From NCBI RefSeq assembly GCF_006345805.1, contig NW_021824208.1, positions 1-22,081 on the forward strand: a stretch of 22,081 nt of DNA. The letters are read 5' to 3'. This DNA comes from Octopus sinensis. Taxonomy: Eukaryota. The notes under the pieces are model-generated. The model was not told the origin of the DNA and did no database searches. It saw nothing but the letters and a program-made list of their open reading frames with translations. The position numbers were made by a program, and so were the translations under genes. Below are positions 1 through 9,052 of the stretch, piece by piece. Each line of letters opens with the position of its first letter. Positions within the stretch are counted from its first letter, which is position 1.

Positions 1-164
1 TTCTCTTGTCCTTCTTTCTCTTCATTTTTCTTCATTCCTTCACATCTCTTTCACATACACATACATGTAGTAGTGCTCTTTCTTTTACAGATTTTGTTTC
101 TTTCTTTATTCTTCGTCCCTCTTATTCTACCTTCTCCACCCTTTCACTTTATAAATTTGTTTGT

Positions 165-175
165 TTGCCAGTGTA

Positions 176-217
<42 letters not shown>

Positions 218-222
218 TATAC
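165..222. repeat. (TA)n microsatellite
   Basis: Direct reading; nearly pure TA tract just upstream of a SINE A head. Confidence 0.95.
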
Positions 223-226
223 ACTA

Positions 227-390
227 GCGCAGGAGTGGCTGTGTGGTAAGTAGCTTGCTAACCAACCACATGGTTCCGGGTTCAGTCCCACTGCGTGGCA
301 TCTTGGGCAAGTGTCTTTGCTATAGCCCCGGGCCGACCAAAGCCTTGTGAGTGGATTTGGTAGACGGAAACTGAAAGAAAACCCGTCGTA
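227..390 (+). mobile_element. SINE family A, head module only
   Basis: GCGCAGGAGTGGCTGTGTGG (A-box-like) and GGTTCAGTCCC (B-box-like), then TGGGCAAGTGTC...GGAAACTGAAAGAA; stops at the internal TA tract. Same sequence recurs many times in the window. Confidence 0.9.
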
Positions 391-413
391 TATATGTAAT
401 ATATTATATACAT

Positions 414-832
414 AGGCGCAGGAGGGGCTGTGTGGTAAGTAGCTTGTTTACCAACCACATGGTTCCGGGTTAGACCCACTGCGGGGCATCTTGGGAAGGT
501 CTTCTGCTATAGCCCCGGGCCGACCAATGCCTTGTGAGTGGATTTGGTAGACGGAAACTGAAAGAAGCCTGTCGTATATATGTATATATGTGTATATGTA
601 TGTGTGTGTTTGTGTGTCTGTGTTTGTCTCCCTAGCATTGCTTGACAACCGATGCTGGTGTGTTTATGTCCCCGTCACTTAGCGGTTCGGCAAAAGAGAC
701 CGATAGAATAAGTACTGGGCTTACAAAAGAATAATTTCCGGGATCGAGTTGCTCGATTAAAGGCGGTGCTCCAGAATGGCCGCAGTCTAATGACTGAAAC
801 AAGTAAAAGAGTAAAAGAGTAAGAGTAAAGAG
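414..832 (+). mobile_element. SINE family A, full length (tRNA-like head, internal TA/TG microsatellite, LINE-like tail)
   Basis: Pol III A/B boxes, internal (TA)/(TG) tract, 3' GGCGGTGCTCCAG.ATGGCCGCAG..ATGACTGAAACAAG(TAAAAGAG)n tail. Confidence 0.93.
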
Positions 833-863
<31 letters not shown>

Positions 864-1094
864 GAAGTTTGAAAACGCCACTATATAAGATAAATTTTAA
901 TTTTCTTAGAAATTTTACATGTTTCGGTTCTTCTTGAAAAAACGAACCTTATCAAAAATATTTTTAAAAGTTCATAATTGTTTCTTAATAGTCTCAACAG
1001 AATCCACGTGGTTTTTTTTGTGGGGGATAGCATAATAGCTGTCTTGTGTGTAGACTAAAATTTAAATTTATCTTATATAATGGCGTTTTCAAAC

Positions 1095-1131
<37 letters not shown>

Positions 1132-1433
1132 TCTTTACTCTTACTCTTTTACTCTTTTACTTGTTTCAGTCATTAGACTGCGGCCATGCTGGAGCACCGC
1201 CTTTAATCGAGCAACTCGACCCCCGGAACTATTCTTTTGTAAGCCCAGTACTTATTCTATCGTCTCTTTTGCCGAACCGCTAAGTAACGGGGACATAAAC
1301 ACACGCCAGCATCGGTGTCAAGCAATGCTAGGGGGACAAACACAGACACACAAACACACACACACATACATATACACATTCTAATATATACGACAGGCTT
1401 CTTTCAGTTTCCGTCAACCAAATCCACTCACAA
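531..1433. repeat. Long inverted duplication (arms ~531-904 and ~1057-1433, 152-bp spacer)
   Basis: Non-SINE 44-mer at 861-904 matches the reverse complement of 1057-1100 with 2 mismatches; the match continues through the TA tracts and SINE A bodies, which share private variants. Confidence 0.88.
1131..1433 (-). mobile_element. SINE family A, 5'-truncated
   Basis: Reverse complement of the family A body and tail; begins at TTGTGAGTGGATTTGG. Confidence 0.92.
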
Positions 1434-1495
1434 GACTAAAGTTGGGGAAATGACCAGTGGCCGAAATAGCAGTAGCACCAGTGACTGTTGGTCGT

Positions 1496-1615
1496 AATGC
1501 AGTGAGCGCACAATCGTTATTACGCCGGTGAAAATGCTTAGCGGCATTTCGTCCGTCTTTACGTTCTGAGTTCAAATTGCGCCGTGGTTGACTTTGTCTC
1601 TCATCCTTCCCCGAA
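1496..1615 (+). mobile_element. SINE family B, diverged 5' fragment
   Basis: AAATGCTTAGCGGCATTTCG...ACGTTCTGAGTTCAAATT...GACTTTG.CT.TCATCCTT matches the copies at 7962 and 20320. Confidence 0.8.
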
Positions 1616-1668
1616 ATTGCTGGCCTTAAGGCAAAATTTGAAATCATTATTATTATTATTATTATTAA

Positions 1669-2265
1669 TTTTATGTCGAACAGCTACTGTCACGTATAGG
1701 ACGGATCCGGCTATCAGTTGAACCCATAGTGAAGATTGCCCCGCCGACCTCCTTTAACGAGGAGGGCAAGGCAGTTTTCCTGTGCTTAGTGGCTATGGCG
1801 AAAGAGGTTGTATGGTGGACCCGTTTGAAAGGGCTAAAGTCAGACACTTTCCTCTTTGGTCAAGGCCTCATCAACATTTTCAAGTTTCACTTGAAAAGGA
1901 AGATGAGGTTAGAGAGGAGAGTGCTGTCTGATAGCAAGTTTTATGAAAGGTGGGTGATTTGTGCAAGAATGGCCAGTATAAATGGACCAATTCTCAGGTT
2001 TCGCCTGTAATTGAAAAAGTATATTAAAAGGAGAAAGGGGCTCTCTACCCCCACCCCTTTTGACCAGGCTCCCGTGACTTTATGGGTTTTTCCACGCCGA
2101 GACCTTTTCTTTTTTTCGAAGCGTCTCTCTATTGGGAGTTGTCATGTTATACTGCTTTTTACTCGTTTTTTTTCACAAAGGACAAAAACCTTTTGTAACC
2201 TTTCGTCCTGTTTGTCCCTTTATGTTTTCCAATCATATTTGTCAGCCCTTGTGGCCAAAAAAAAG
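1669..2265 (+). mobile_element. 5'-truncated Tx1/L1-clade LINE: ORF2 C-terminus (1672-2010), 3' UTR and short poly(A)
   Basis: Open frame YVEQLLSRIGRIRLSVEPIVK...AKEVVWWTRLKG...FKFHLKRKMRLERRVLSDSKFYERW...FRL*, resembling Tx1 ORF2 C-termini (AKxxIWxxR...LxxER...FxxRW). T-rich UTR, A8 at 2257-2264, (TTA)n on both flanks. Confidence 0.8.
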
Positions 2266-2416
2266 AATTAATTATTATTATTATTATTAATTAAAGCAGT
2301 TTGATTTGGCATGTCAAAGTTTCGTAAGGTCGTTCAAGGTCCCTGTAATGAGCAAACGAAACTTTAAAGTGCATGACACCGAATCTGTTTAAAATAATAT
2401 AGCTCCAACTTACCCG

Positions 2417-2456
2417 TATGTGTGTGTGTGTGTATGTGTGTGCGTGTGTGTGTATG

Positions 2457-2488
<32 letters not shown>
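2417..2488. repeat. (TG)n microsatellite
   Basis: Direct reading. Confidence 0.95.
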
Positions 2489-2507
2489 GTTTATTTAGCA
2501 CAACTTT

Positions 2508-2891
2508 GGAAGCACTCCGTCGGTTACGACGACGAGGGTTCCGGTTGATCCGAATCAACTGAACAGCCTGCCCGTGAAATTAACGTGTAAGTGGCTGAGC
2601 ACTCCACAGACACGTGTACCCTTAACGTAGTTCTCGGGGATATTCAGCGTGACACAGAGAGTGACAAGGCCGGCTCTTTGAAATACAGGTACATCAGAAA
2701 CAGGAAGTAAGAGTGAGAGAAAGTTGTGGTGAAAGAGTACAGCAGGGATCACCACCATCCCCTGCCGGAGCCTCGTGGAGCTTTAGGTGTTTTCGCTCAA
2801 TAAACACTCACAACGCCCGGTCTGGGAATCGAAACCGCGATCCTACGACCGCGAGTCCGCTGCCCTAACCACTGGGCCATTGCGCCTCCAC
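2508..2891 (-). mobile_element. SINE family C, tail type 1 (tRNA-derived; resembles octopus OR-type SINEs)
   Basis: Reverse complement reads GGCGCAATGGCCCAGTGGTTAGGGCAGCGGACTCGCGGTCGTAGGATCGCGGTTTCGATTCCC (clear A and B boxes); 3' end GATCAACCGGAACCCTCGTCGTCGTAACCGACGGAGTGC. OR assignment is from recall. Confidence 0.88.
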
Positions 2892-3062
2892 AGAACATCT
2901 TTATGACTAGTAACACTTGTTTCAGTACGAAACCGTTTCTAACGCCATTGAAGGGAACTAATTTGATGTGAAAAGGTACGAAATATTTACTATTGCTTAC
3001 ATCTTTGGAGTGTCACTAACATCAAGTCGTGCGTTCTTATACTGTGCCAACACATACACACA

Positions 3063-3469
3063 TGGCTGTGTGGTAAGTAGCTTGCTAACCAGCCACATGG
3101 TTCCGGGTTCAGTCCCACTGTGTGGCATGTTGGGCAAGTGTCTTCTGCTATAGCCCCGGGCCGACCAATGCCTTGTGAGTGGATTTGGTAGACGGAAACT
3201 GAAAGAAGCCTGTCGTATATATGTATATATATATATATATGTATGTGTGTTTGTGTGTCTGTGTTTGTCCTCCTAGCATTGCTTGACAACCGATGCTGGT
3301 GTGTTTACGTCCCCGTCACTTAGCGGTTCGGCAAAAAGAGACCGATAGAATAAGTACTGGGCTTACAAAGAATAAGTCCCGGTGTCGATTAGCTCGACTA
3401 AAGGCGGTGCTCCAGCATGGCCGCAGTCAAATGACTGAAACAAGTAAAAGATAAAAGAAAGATAAAAGA
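3063..3469 (+). mobile_element. SINE family A, near full length
   Basis: Same head, internal microsatellite and tail as 414-832. Confidence 0.93.
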
Positions 3470-3754
3470 ACCTTGTTCCACACACACACACACAGAGTAA
3501 GAGGGTATATGTTTGTGGAATACTCAGTCACTTGTATATGCATACATAAATATACACATGTATAAATATATTCATTCATTTACAGAATATGTACTAATCC
3601 GCATTAATCGAGGATTAGCTGCACTTAGATTATAATAGGATGATCGTAGGGCGTTAATCCTATGATGTACAATATTTCAAAATATCTGGAAAAATAAAAA
3701 TCTGCAAGACTTTCTTAATTTTTATAGAATGAATAGTAGCAGAAATTCACTCCT

Positions 3755-3937
3755 AGGTGTAGAAGTGGCTGTGTGGTAAGTAGCTTGCTTACGAACCACA
3801 TGGCACCGGGTTCAGTCCCACTGCGTGGCACCTTGAGTAAGTGTCTTCTACTATAACCGCGGGTCGACCAAAAACTTGGGAGTAGAATTGGTAGACGGAA
3901 ACTGAAAGAAGCCCGTCGTATATATATATATATATAT

Positions 3938-3976
<39 letters not shown>

Positions 3977-4146
3977 GGTGTATGTGTGTGTGTCTGTGTG
4001 TGTGTTTGTGTGTCTGTGTTTGTCCCCCCAACATTGCTTGACAACCGATGCTGCTGTGTTTACGTCCCCGTAACTTAGCGGTTCGGCAAAAGTGACCGAT
4101 AGAATAATTATCAGTCTTTTAAAAAAGTACTGGGGTTGATTTGTTT
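3755..4146 (+). mobile_element. SINE family A, tail missing (abuts SINE D)
   Basis: Diverged head, expanded TA/TG tract; body ends at GGGGTTGATTTGTTTGA. Confidence 0.9.
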
Positions 4147-4151
4147 GAGAA

Positions 4152-4335
4152 GTGAAGGCGCATGGCTCAGGGGTAAGAACGTCGGGCTCACAGTCATCAG
4201 GTAGTGAGTTCGAATCCCGAACCGGGCTGCGTGTTGTGTTCTTGAGCAAGACACTTTATTTCACGTTACTCCAGTTAACTCAGCTGTAGAAATGAGTTGT
4301 GATATCACTGGTACAAAGCTGTATCGGCCCCTTTG
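4152..4335 (+). mobile_element. SINE family D (tRNA head plus a central domain of Meta/V/CORE type)
   Basis: TGGCTCAGGGG A box, GTTCGAATCCC B box, then TTCTTGAGCAAGACACTTTATTTCACG..CTCCAG...CTCAGCTGTAGAAATGAGT. The exact domain name is uncertain. Confidence 0.8.
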
Positions 4336-4338
4336 TAT

Positions 4339-4580
4339 CGGCAAGTGTCTTCTACTATAGCCTCGAGCCGACCAAAACTTTGTGAGTGGATTTGGTACAC
4401 GGAAACTGAAAGAAGCCTGTCGTATATATATGTATATATATGTGTGTATATATTTGTATATGTTTGTGTGTCTGTGTTTGTGTTTGTCCCACCCCCCACC
4501 GCTAAGTGACGGGCACGTAAACACACAGCATCGGTTGTCAAGCGATGTTGGGGGAGGACAAACACAGACACAAAACATAT
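4339..4580. mobile_element. SINE family A fragment (+, 4339-4500) fused to an inverted family A piece (-, 4501-4580)
   Basis: GGCAAGTGTCTTCTACTATAG... on +, then an abrupt switch to GCTAAGTGACGGGCACGTAAACACACAGCATCGGTTGTCAAG, the reverse complement of the body. Confidence 0.85.
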
Positions 4581-4599
4581 ACATATAATATATATATAT

Positions 4600-4602
4600 A
4601 TA

Positions 4603-4673
<71 letters not shown>

Positions 4674-4684
4674 TAATGATAATA
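4600..4684. repeat. (AAT)n microsatellite
   Basis: Direct reading. Confidence 0.95.
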
Positions 4685-5171
4685 ATATTCTGCTCAATAC
4701 CACATAAAAGATGGGCTACAGCAAATATTCTGCTCAATACCACAGATTTGCTTGTCAGTTGTTTGACCTTAACCAGTTGAGCATGTCCCTTAGTGGCTGA
4801 CGATATGTGCATCTCTGATCACGAGCAGAAGAAGTGGGGGAGCATCATGGCCGTGTGTTGAGAGGGATTCTTTGGAGTTTGAATGGTTCACCTCTGGAAA
4901 CATAGGTGTTTCGTTCAACATCCTAAAGCAACCCTTATTCAGGGACCGTTTGAGCAGGATGGGCTACTCAACCTGAAGAAAATTCTAACTGGGCCCCACC
5001 TGCAAGGTCATGTGCTGTTTATCTTGATATGAGATCACCATGTCGCGCACATATGGTTGTGATGCATGTGCCTGGTGTACCTTTATCAGACGGGTAGTCA
5101 TGATGGGTATATGGGCTTCGTATATTTTACCCCAAGTGTCACTTTGATGGCATGAACTGCCTCTCTCACTC
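4685..5171 (+). mobile_element. Family E: ORF-less interspersed element flanked by (AAT)n, 5'-truncated
   Basis: Highly similar to 21645-22081; (AAT)n on both sides; ~20-bp direct repeat at the 5' junction (4685-4704 = 4725-4744). Strand is assigned by convention. Confidence 0.85.
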
Positions 5172-5203
<32 letters not shown>

Positions 5204-5251
5204 ATAATAATAATAAATAATAATAATAATATAATAATAAGAAATAATAAT

Positions 5252-5301
<50 letters not shown>

Positions 5302-5303
5302 TA

Positions 5304-5357
<54 letters not shown>
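5172..5357. repeat. (AAT)n microsatellite
   Basis: Direct reading. Confidence 0.95.
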
Positions 5358-5359
5358 GG

Positions 5360-6245
5360 GAGTAAATCCAAACTTTAAACATCTTAAATATAATTATATA
5401 CTTAGCTGCTAAGTATATATTTATATTTAAGATCTTTAAATTTTAATATTTTATAAGTCTTATGGTGTAATAATATTGTTTTTTATGTAAATATCGTTGT
5501 TTATGTAATGATCTAATTATCGTAATTTTCTATATAATTATTAGATATTAACTTTAAGTTTATTCGTAAGAATTTACTTAGCGATAGATATGTTGTTTGA
5601 TAGCAAGTATACGAGTTGTTAAAGTTAGGTTTATGTATATACATCTCATAGCATTAATTAAAGCATTAATTGTAGTTTTAAATTTCTTATAATTATTATT
5701 TTAACTTATCTATTGTCTTTTTAAATTGATATTTGCTAGATTTATTATCCCCATTGATAAATATATTTATAGTATTTATTTGATACTATATAACTCGAAT
5801 TGATTTTTTCTTTAAGTATTTTAAATATAAGATTCCTGAAAGTTATTATTTAGCCAACGAGATATAAAGATAGTTAATTTGCTATTGCGTTCGTTTAAGA
5901 TTGTTTGTTTGTTTTTTTGAAATTAGCTATTTCATCTTTAAATATGAAAAATTAATTTATTAGGTCTTTATTATATGTGCATATATATTTATTTATAGAG
6001 ATTATTTTAGATCATAATTATAATATTTATATACATATATATATTTTCATTGATAATTTATATACTTAAAATTAATACTTAAAAATTAAAATTAATATTT
6101 AACATTATAATTGATGTTGTGATATAATCATAATCGATAAGTTTCTAGTTTGATAATAGAGTTTTTTATAAGTAAAATTATTATATTATTTATTTCTTAA
6201 AAATATTGTTTAAATATTTCTGATTACTTATTAAAATATTACAAT
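5360..6245 (-). mobile_element. Heavily decayed, AT-shifted Penelope-like retroelement remnant (RT C-terminus, linker, GIY-YIG)
   Basis: Minus-strand translation across frameshifts gives, in the expected order, NIxFT-like, FKDEIANFK(T)IL.RN (cf. FxxEIxxIKxILxxNGYP), LSLYLVG..FRNLIFKILKEK, KD, C..C.EMYI and LTTRI..QH. Many stops. A hammerhead core is adjacent. Confidence 0.45.
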
Positions 6246-6246
6246 T

Positions 6247-6340
6247 AACCTGAAGATTGACTGTAACCATAATTCGAATTATTAATTGAATTAAAATTAT
6301 TGTTATTCGAATTGGTTACGGGCATGAAACTATCGTAGTG
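6247..6340 (+). ncRNA. Type I hammerhead ribozyme motif of the Penelope pseudo-LTR kind
   Basis: CTGAAGA at 6250-6256, long stem II (TGTAACC/GGTTACG plus inner AATTCGAAT/ATTCGAATT arm), GAAAC at 6326-6330, candidate GTA cleavage triplet at 6335-6337. Stems I and III are only 2 bp. Confidence 0.55.
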
Positions 6341-6399
6341 TTTTTACTCTTTATCTTATATTAAACTTTTAATACTTAAAATAAATAAAAAATACTTTT

Positions 6400-6483
6400 A
6401 ATAAAATATAAAAATAAATAATAAATAAAATAAAATAAAATAATAATACTAATAAACATATATATAATATATATATATATATA

Positions 6484-6522
<39 letters not shown>

Positions 6523-6540
6523 TATATATATGTATGTATA
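6400..6540. repeat. A-rich and (TA)n low-complexity tract
   Basis: Direct reading. Confidence 0.9.
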
Positions 6541-6729
6541 TTTAAAATTCATAAGTTTACATTATTTAAATATTTTTTTAATTTTACTTTAATTTAAATA
6601 TTTTAATTGGAATTTTATATTTTTTTTATTATTTTTCTATGTATTGGTTTATGATTTTCACTGTTTGATTTGCCTAATAGTGGTTTTATCTCTTATTTAA
6701 TATATATATATATATATATACATATATAT

Positions 6730-6879
6730 CGACAGGCTTCTATCAGTTTCCATCTACCAAGTCCACTCACAAGGCTTTGGTCGGCCCGAGGCTATAGTAG
6801 AGGACACTTGCCCAAGGTGCCACGCAGTGTGACTGAACCCAGAACCATGTGGTTCGTAAGCAAGCTACTTACCACACAA
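6730..6879 (-). mobile_element. SINE family A, head module only
   Basis: Reverse complement of the family A head, ending at a TA tract. Confidence 0.9.
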
Positions 6880-6904
6880 AACATACAGTACATACGCGCA
6901 CACA

Positions 6905-7597
6905 TGCATCATACATATACACGTACATTCATACACATACATACATACATACATACATACATACATACATACATACATACATGCATACATACATACATAC
7001 ATACATACATACATACATACATACATACATACATGCATACATACATACATACATACATACATACTACATACAACATACATACATACATACATACATACAT
7101 ACATGCATACATACATACATACATACATACATACATACTACATGCAGCATGCATACATACATACATACATACATACATACATCCATACATAAATACATAC
7201 ATACATACATACATACACACACATACATACATACATACATACATACATACATGCATACATACATACATACATACATACTAATGCTACATACATACATACA
7301 TACATACAACATACATTACATACATACATACAACATACAGACATACATACATACATAACATACATACATACATACACATACTAAATACATACATACATAC
7401 ATACATACATACACATCATACATACATACATACATACATACATACATACAACATACATACACACATACATACTACTACCTACATACATCATACATACATA
7501 CATACATACCTACGTACATGCATAAGTACAGACATACATGTGTATTTACCTATACACCTGCCTTCCTGCCTTCATACGCACATACATACATACATAG
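6905..7597. repeat. (TACA)n tetranucleotide satellite tract
   Basis: Direct reading; source of the HTYI/MYVC pseudo-ORFs. Confidence 0.97.
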
Positions 7598-7961
7598 ATT
7601 TATGTTTTTGTAATACAAGAACAAGAAAAGACAGGTAAATATCAAATGCACAAGGGTAGAGATACATGTAAAGCAAATGACCCCTTTCTGGTGTCCATAG
7701 AGTTAATACAAAGAACGGAACGAACAGTGTTAGTGGATTATTGCAAATGTCATTACAGTCTTATTAATGTTTCATCTCTATTATCTCTGTATTATCTATG
7801 TATCGTCTTTGTATTGTCTTTGTATTATCAGTGCATGAGACATGGTGTCGTGACCAAAACATCTTACAGTACGTTTCCAAGAACGGATAATCCTACAGTT
7901 ATAAATATATAAAGCGATGTGAAAAGTGTATGCGCTCGTAATATGGAAGACTACATACAGC

Positions 7962-8612
7962 AAGATGGCGAGCTGGCAGAATCGTTAGCACGCCGGGCGA
8001 AATGCTTAGCGGTATTTCGACTGCCGTTACGTTCTGAGTTCAAATTCCGCCGAGATCGACTTTGCCTTTCATCCTTTTGGGGTCGATAAATTAAGTACCA
8101 GTTACACACTGGGGTCGATGTAATCGACTTAATCCGTTTGTCTGACCTTGTTTGTCTCTTCTATATTTAGCCCCTAGTGGGTAGTAAAGAAATAGGTATT
8201 TCGTCTGCCGCTACGTTCTGAGTTCAAATTCCGCCGAGGTCGACTTTGCCTTTCATCCTTTCTGGGTCGATTAAATAAGTACCAGTTACGCACCGGGGTC
8301 GATATAATCGACTTAATCCGTTTGTCTGTCCTTGTTTGTCTCTTCTATATTTAGCCCCTTCTGGGTAGTAAAGAAAAAGGTACTTCGTATGCTGCTATGT
8401 TCTGAGTTCAAATTCCGCCGAGGTCGACTTTGCCTTTCATCATTTCGGGGTCTATTAAATAAGTACGAGCTACGTACTGGGGTCGATGTAATCGACTTAA
8501 TCCGTTTAGCCCCTTGTTGGTAGTAAAGAAATAAGCATTACATCCATCTTAATGTTCTGAGTTCAAATTCCGCCGAGACCGAGTCTGCATTTCATCCCCC
8601 TGGGGGTCGATA
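7962..8612 (+). mobile_element. SINE family B concatemer: one head, three ~184-bp units and a partial fourth
   Basis: A[CT]GTTCTGAGTTCAAATTCCGCCGAG recurs at 8029, 8213, 8397 and 8552. A box TGGCAGAATCG only in the head. The GCCTTTCATCCTTT.GGGGTCGAT.AA.TAAGTACCAG core resembles Nin/Deu-type SINE domains (from recall). Confidence 0.92.
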
Positions 8613-8635
8613 AAATCAATATCGTATGTGGTTAC

Positions 8636-8850
8636 TAAGGCGGCAAGCGAGCAGAATCGTTAGCACACCGAGCAAAATGCTCAGCGGTATTTTCTTCCGA
8701 CTTTACGTTCTGAGTTCAAATTCCGCAAGGGTCAACTTTAACTTTCATCCCTTTTAGGGTCGGTAAAATAATTACCAGTTGAGAACTGGTGTCGATGTAA
8801 TCGATTTACCTTCTCCCCACACCAAAATTGCTGGTCTTTGCGTCAATATT
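8636..8850 (+). mobile_element. SINE family B-related monomer with a different 3' end
   Basis: TAAGGCGGC..GC.GCAGAATCGTTAGCAC head and B box; diverges from the concatemer unit after GTCGATGTAATCGA. Confidence 0.8.
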
Positions 8851-8867
8851 TGAAATCAATTTTATAT

Positions 8868-9035
8868 ATAGGCGCAGGAGTGGTTGTGTGGTATGTAGCT
8901 TGCTTACCAGTCACATGGTTCTGGGTTCAGTCCCACTGCGTGGCAACTTGGGCAAGTATCTTCTGCTATAGCCTCGGGCCTAACAAAGCTTTGAGTGGAT
9001 TTGGTAGACGGAAACTGAAAGAAGCCCGTCGTATA
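8868..9035 (+). mobile_element. SINE family A, head module only
   Basis: AGGCGCAGGAGTGG...GAAGCCCGTCG followed by a TA tract. Confidence 0.9.
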
Positions 9036-9052
9036 TATGTATATCTCTTTTT

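Noticed and set aside
861-1100. Stand-alone TA-target MITE with 44-bp TIRs
   Set aside because: The inverted match extends about 330 bp further through both SINE arms with shared private variants, so a larger inverted duplication fits better.
2314-2364. Hammerhead-like CTG(TA)ATGAGCAAACGAAAC
   Set aside because: Core has a 2-nt insertion, no stem I forms, and AAAGTTTCGT/ACGAAACTTT pairing would sequester GAAA; treated as a simple inverted repeat.
2810-2891. Functional tRNA genes in the SINE heads (also 4152, 13316 and family A heads)
   Set aside because: A and B boxes are present but acceptor stems do not close, and each head continues into a repeated SINE body.
5360-6470. NUMT (mitochondrial rRNA or control region), or RIP-like hypermutation
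   Set aside because: No mitochondrial rRNA, tRNA or protein motif recognised; PLE motifs and a hammerhead fit better. TpG is abundant, unlike RIP. A BLASTN would settle it.
7962-8612. CRISPR array or retrozyme
   Set aside because: Eukaryotic context with no unique spacers; no CUGANGA/GAAA core found on either strand of the unit.
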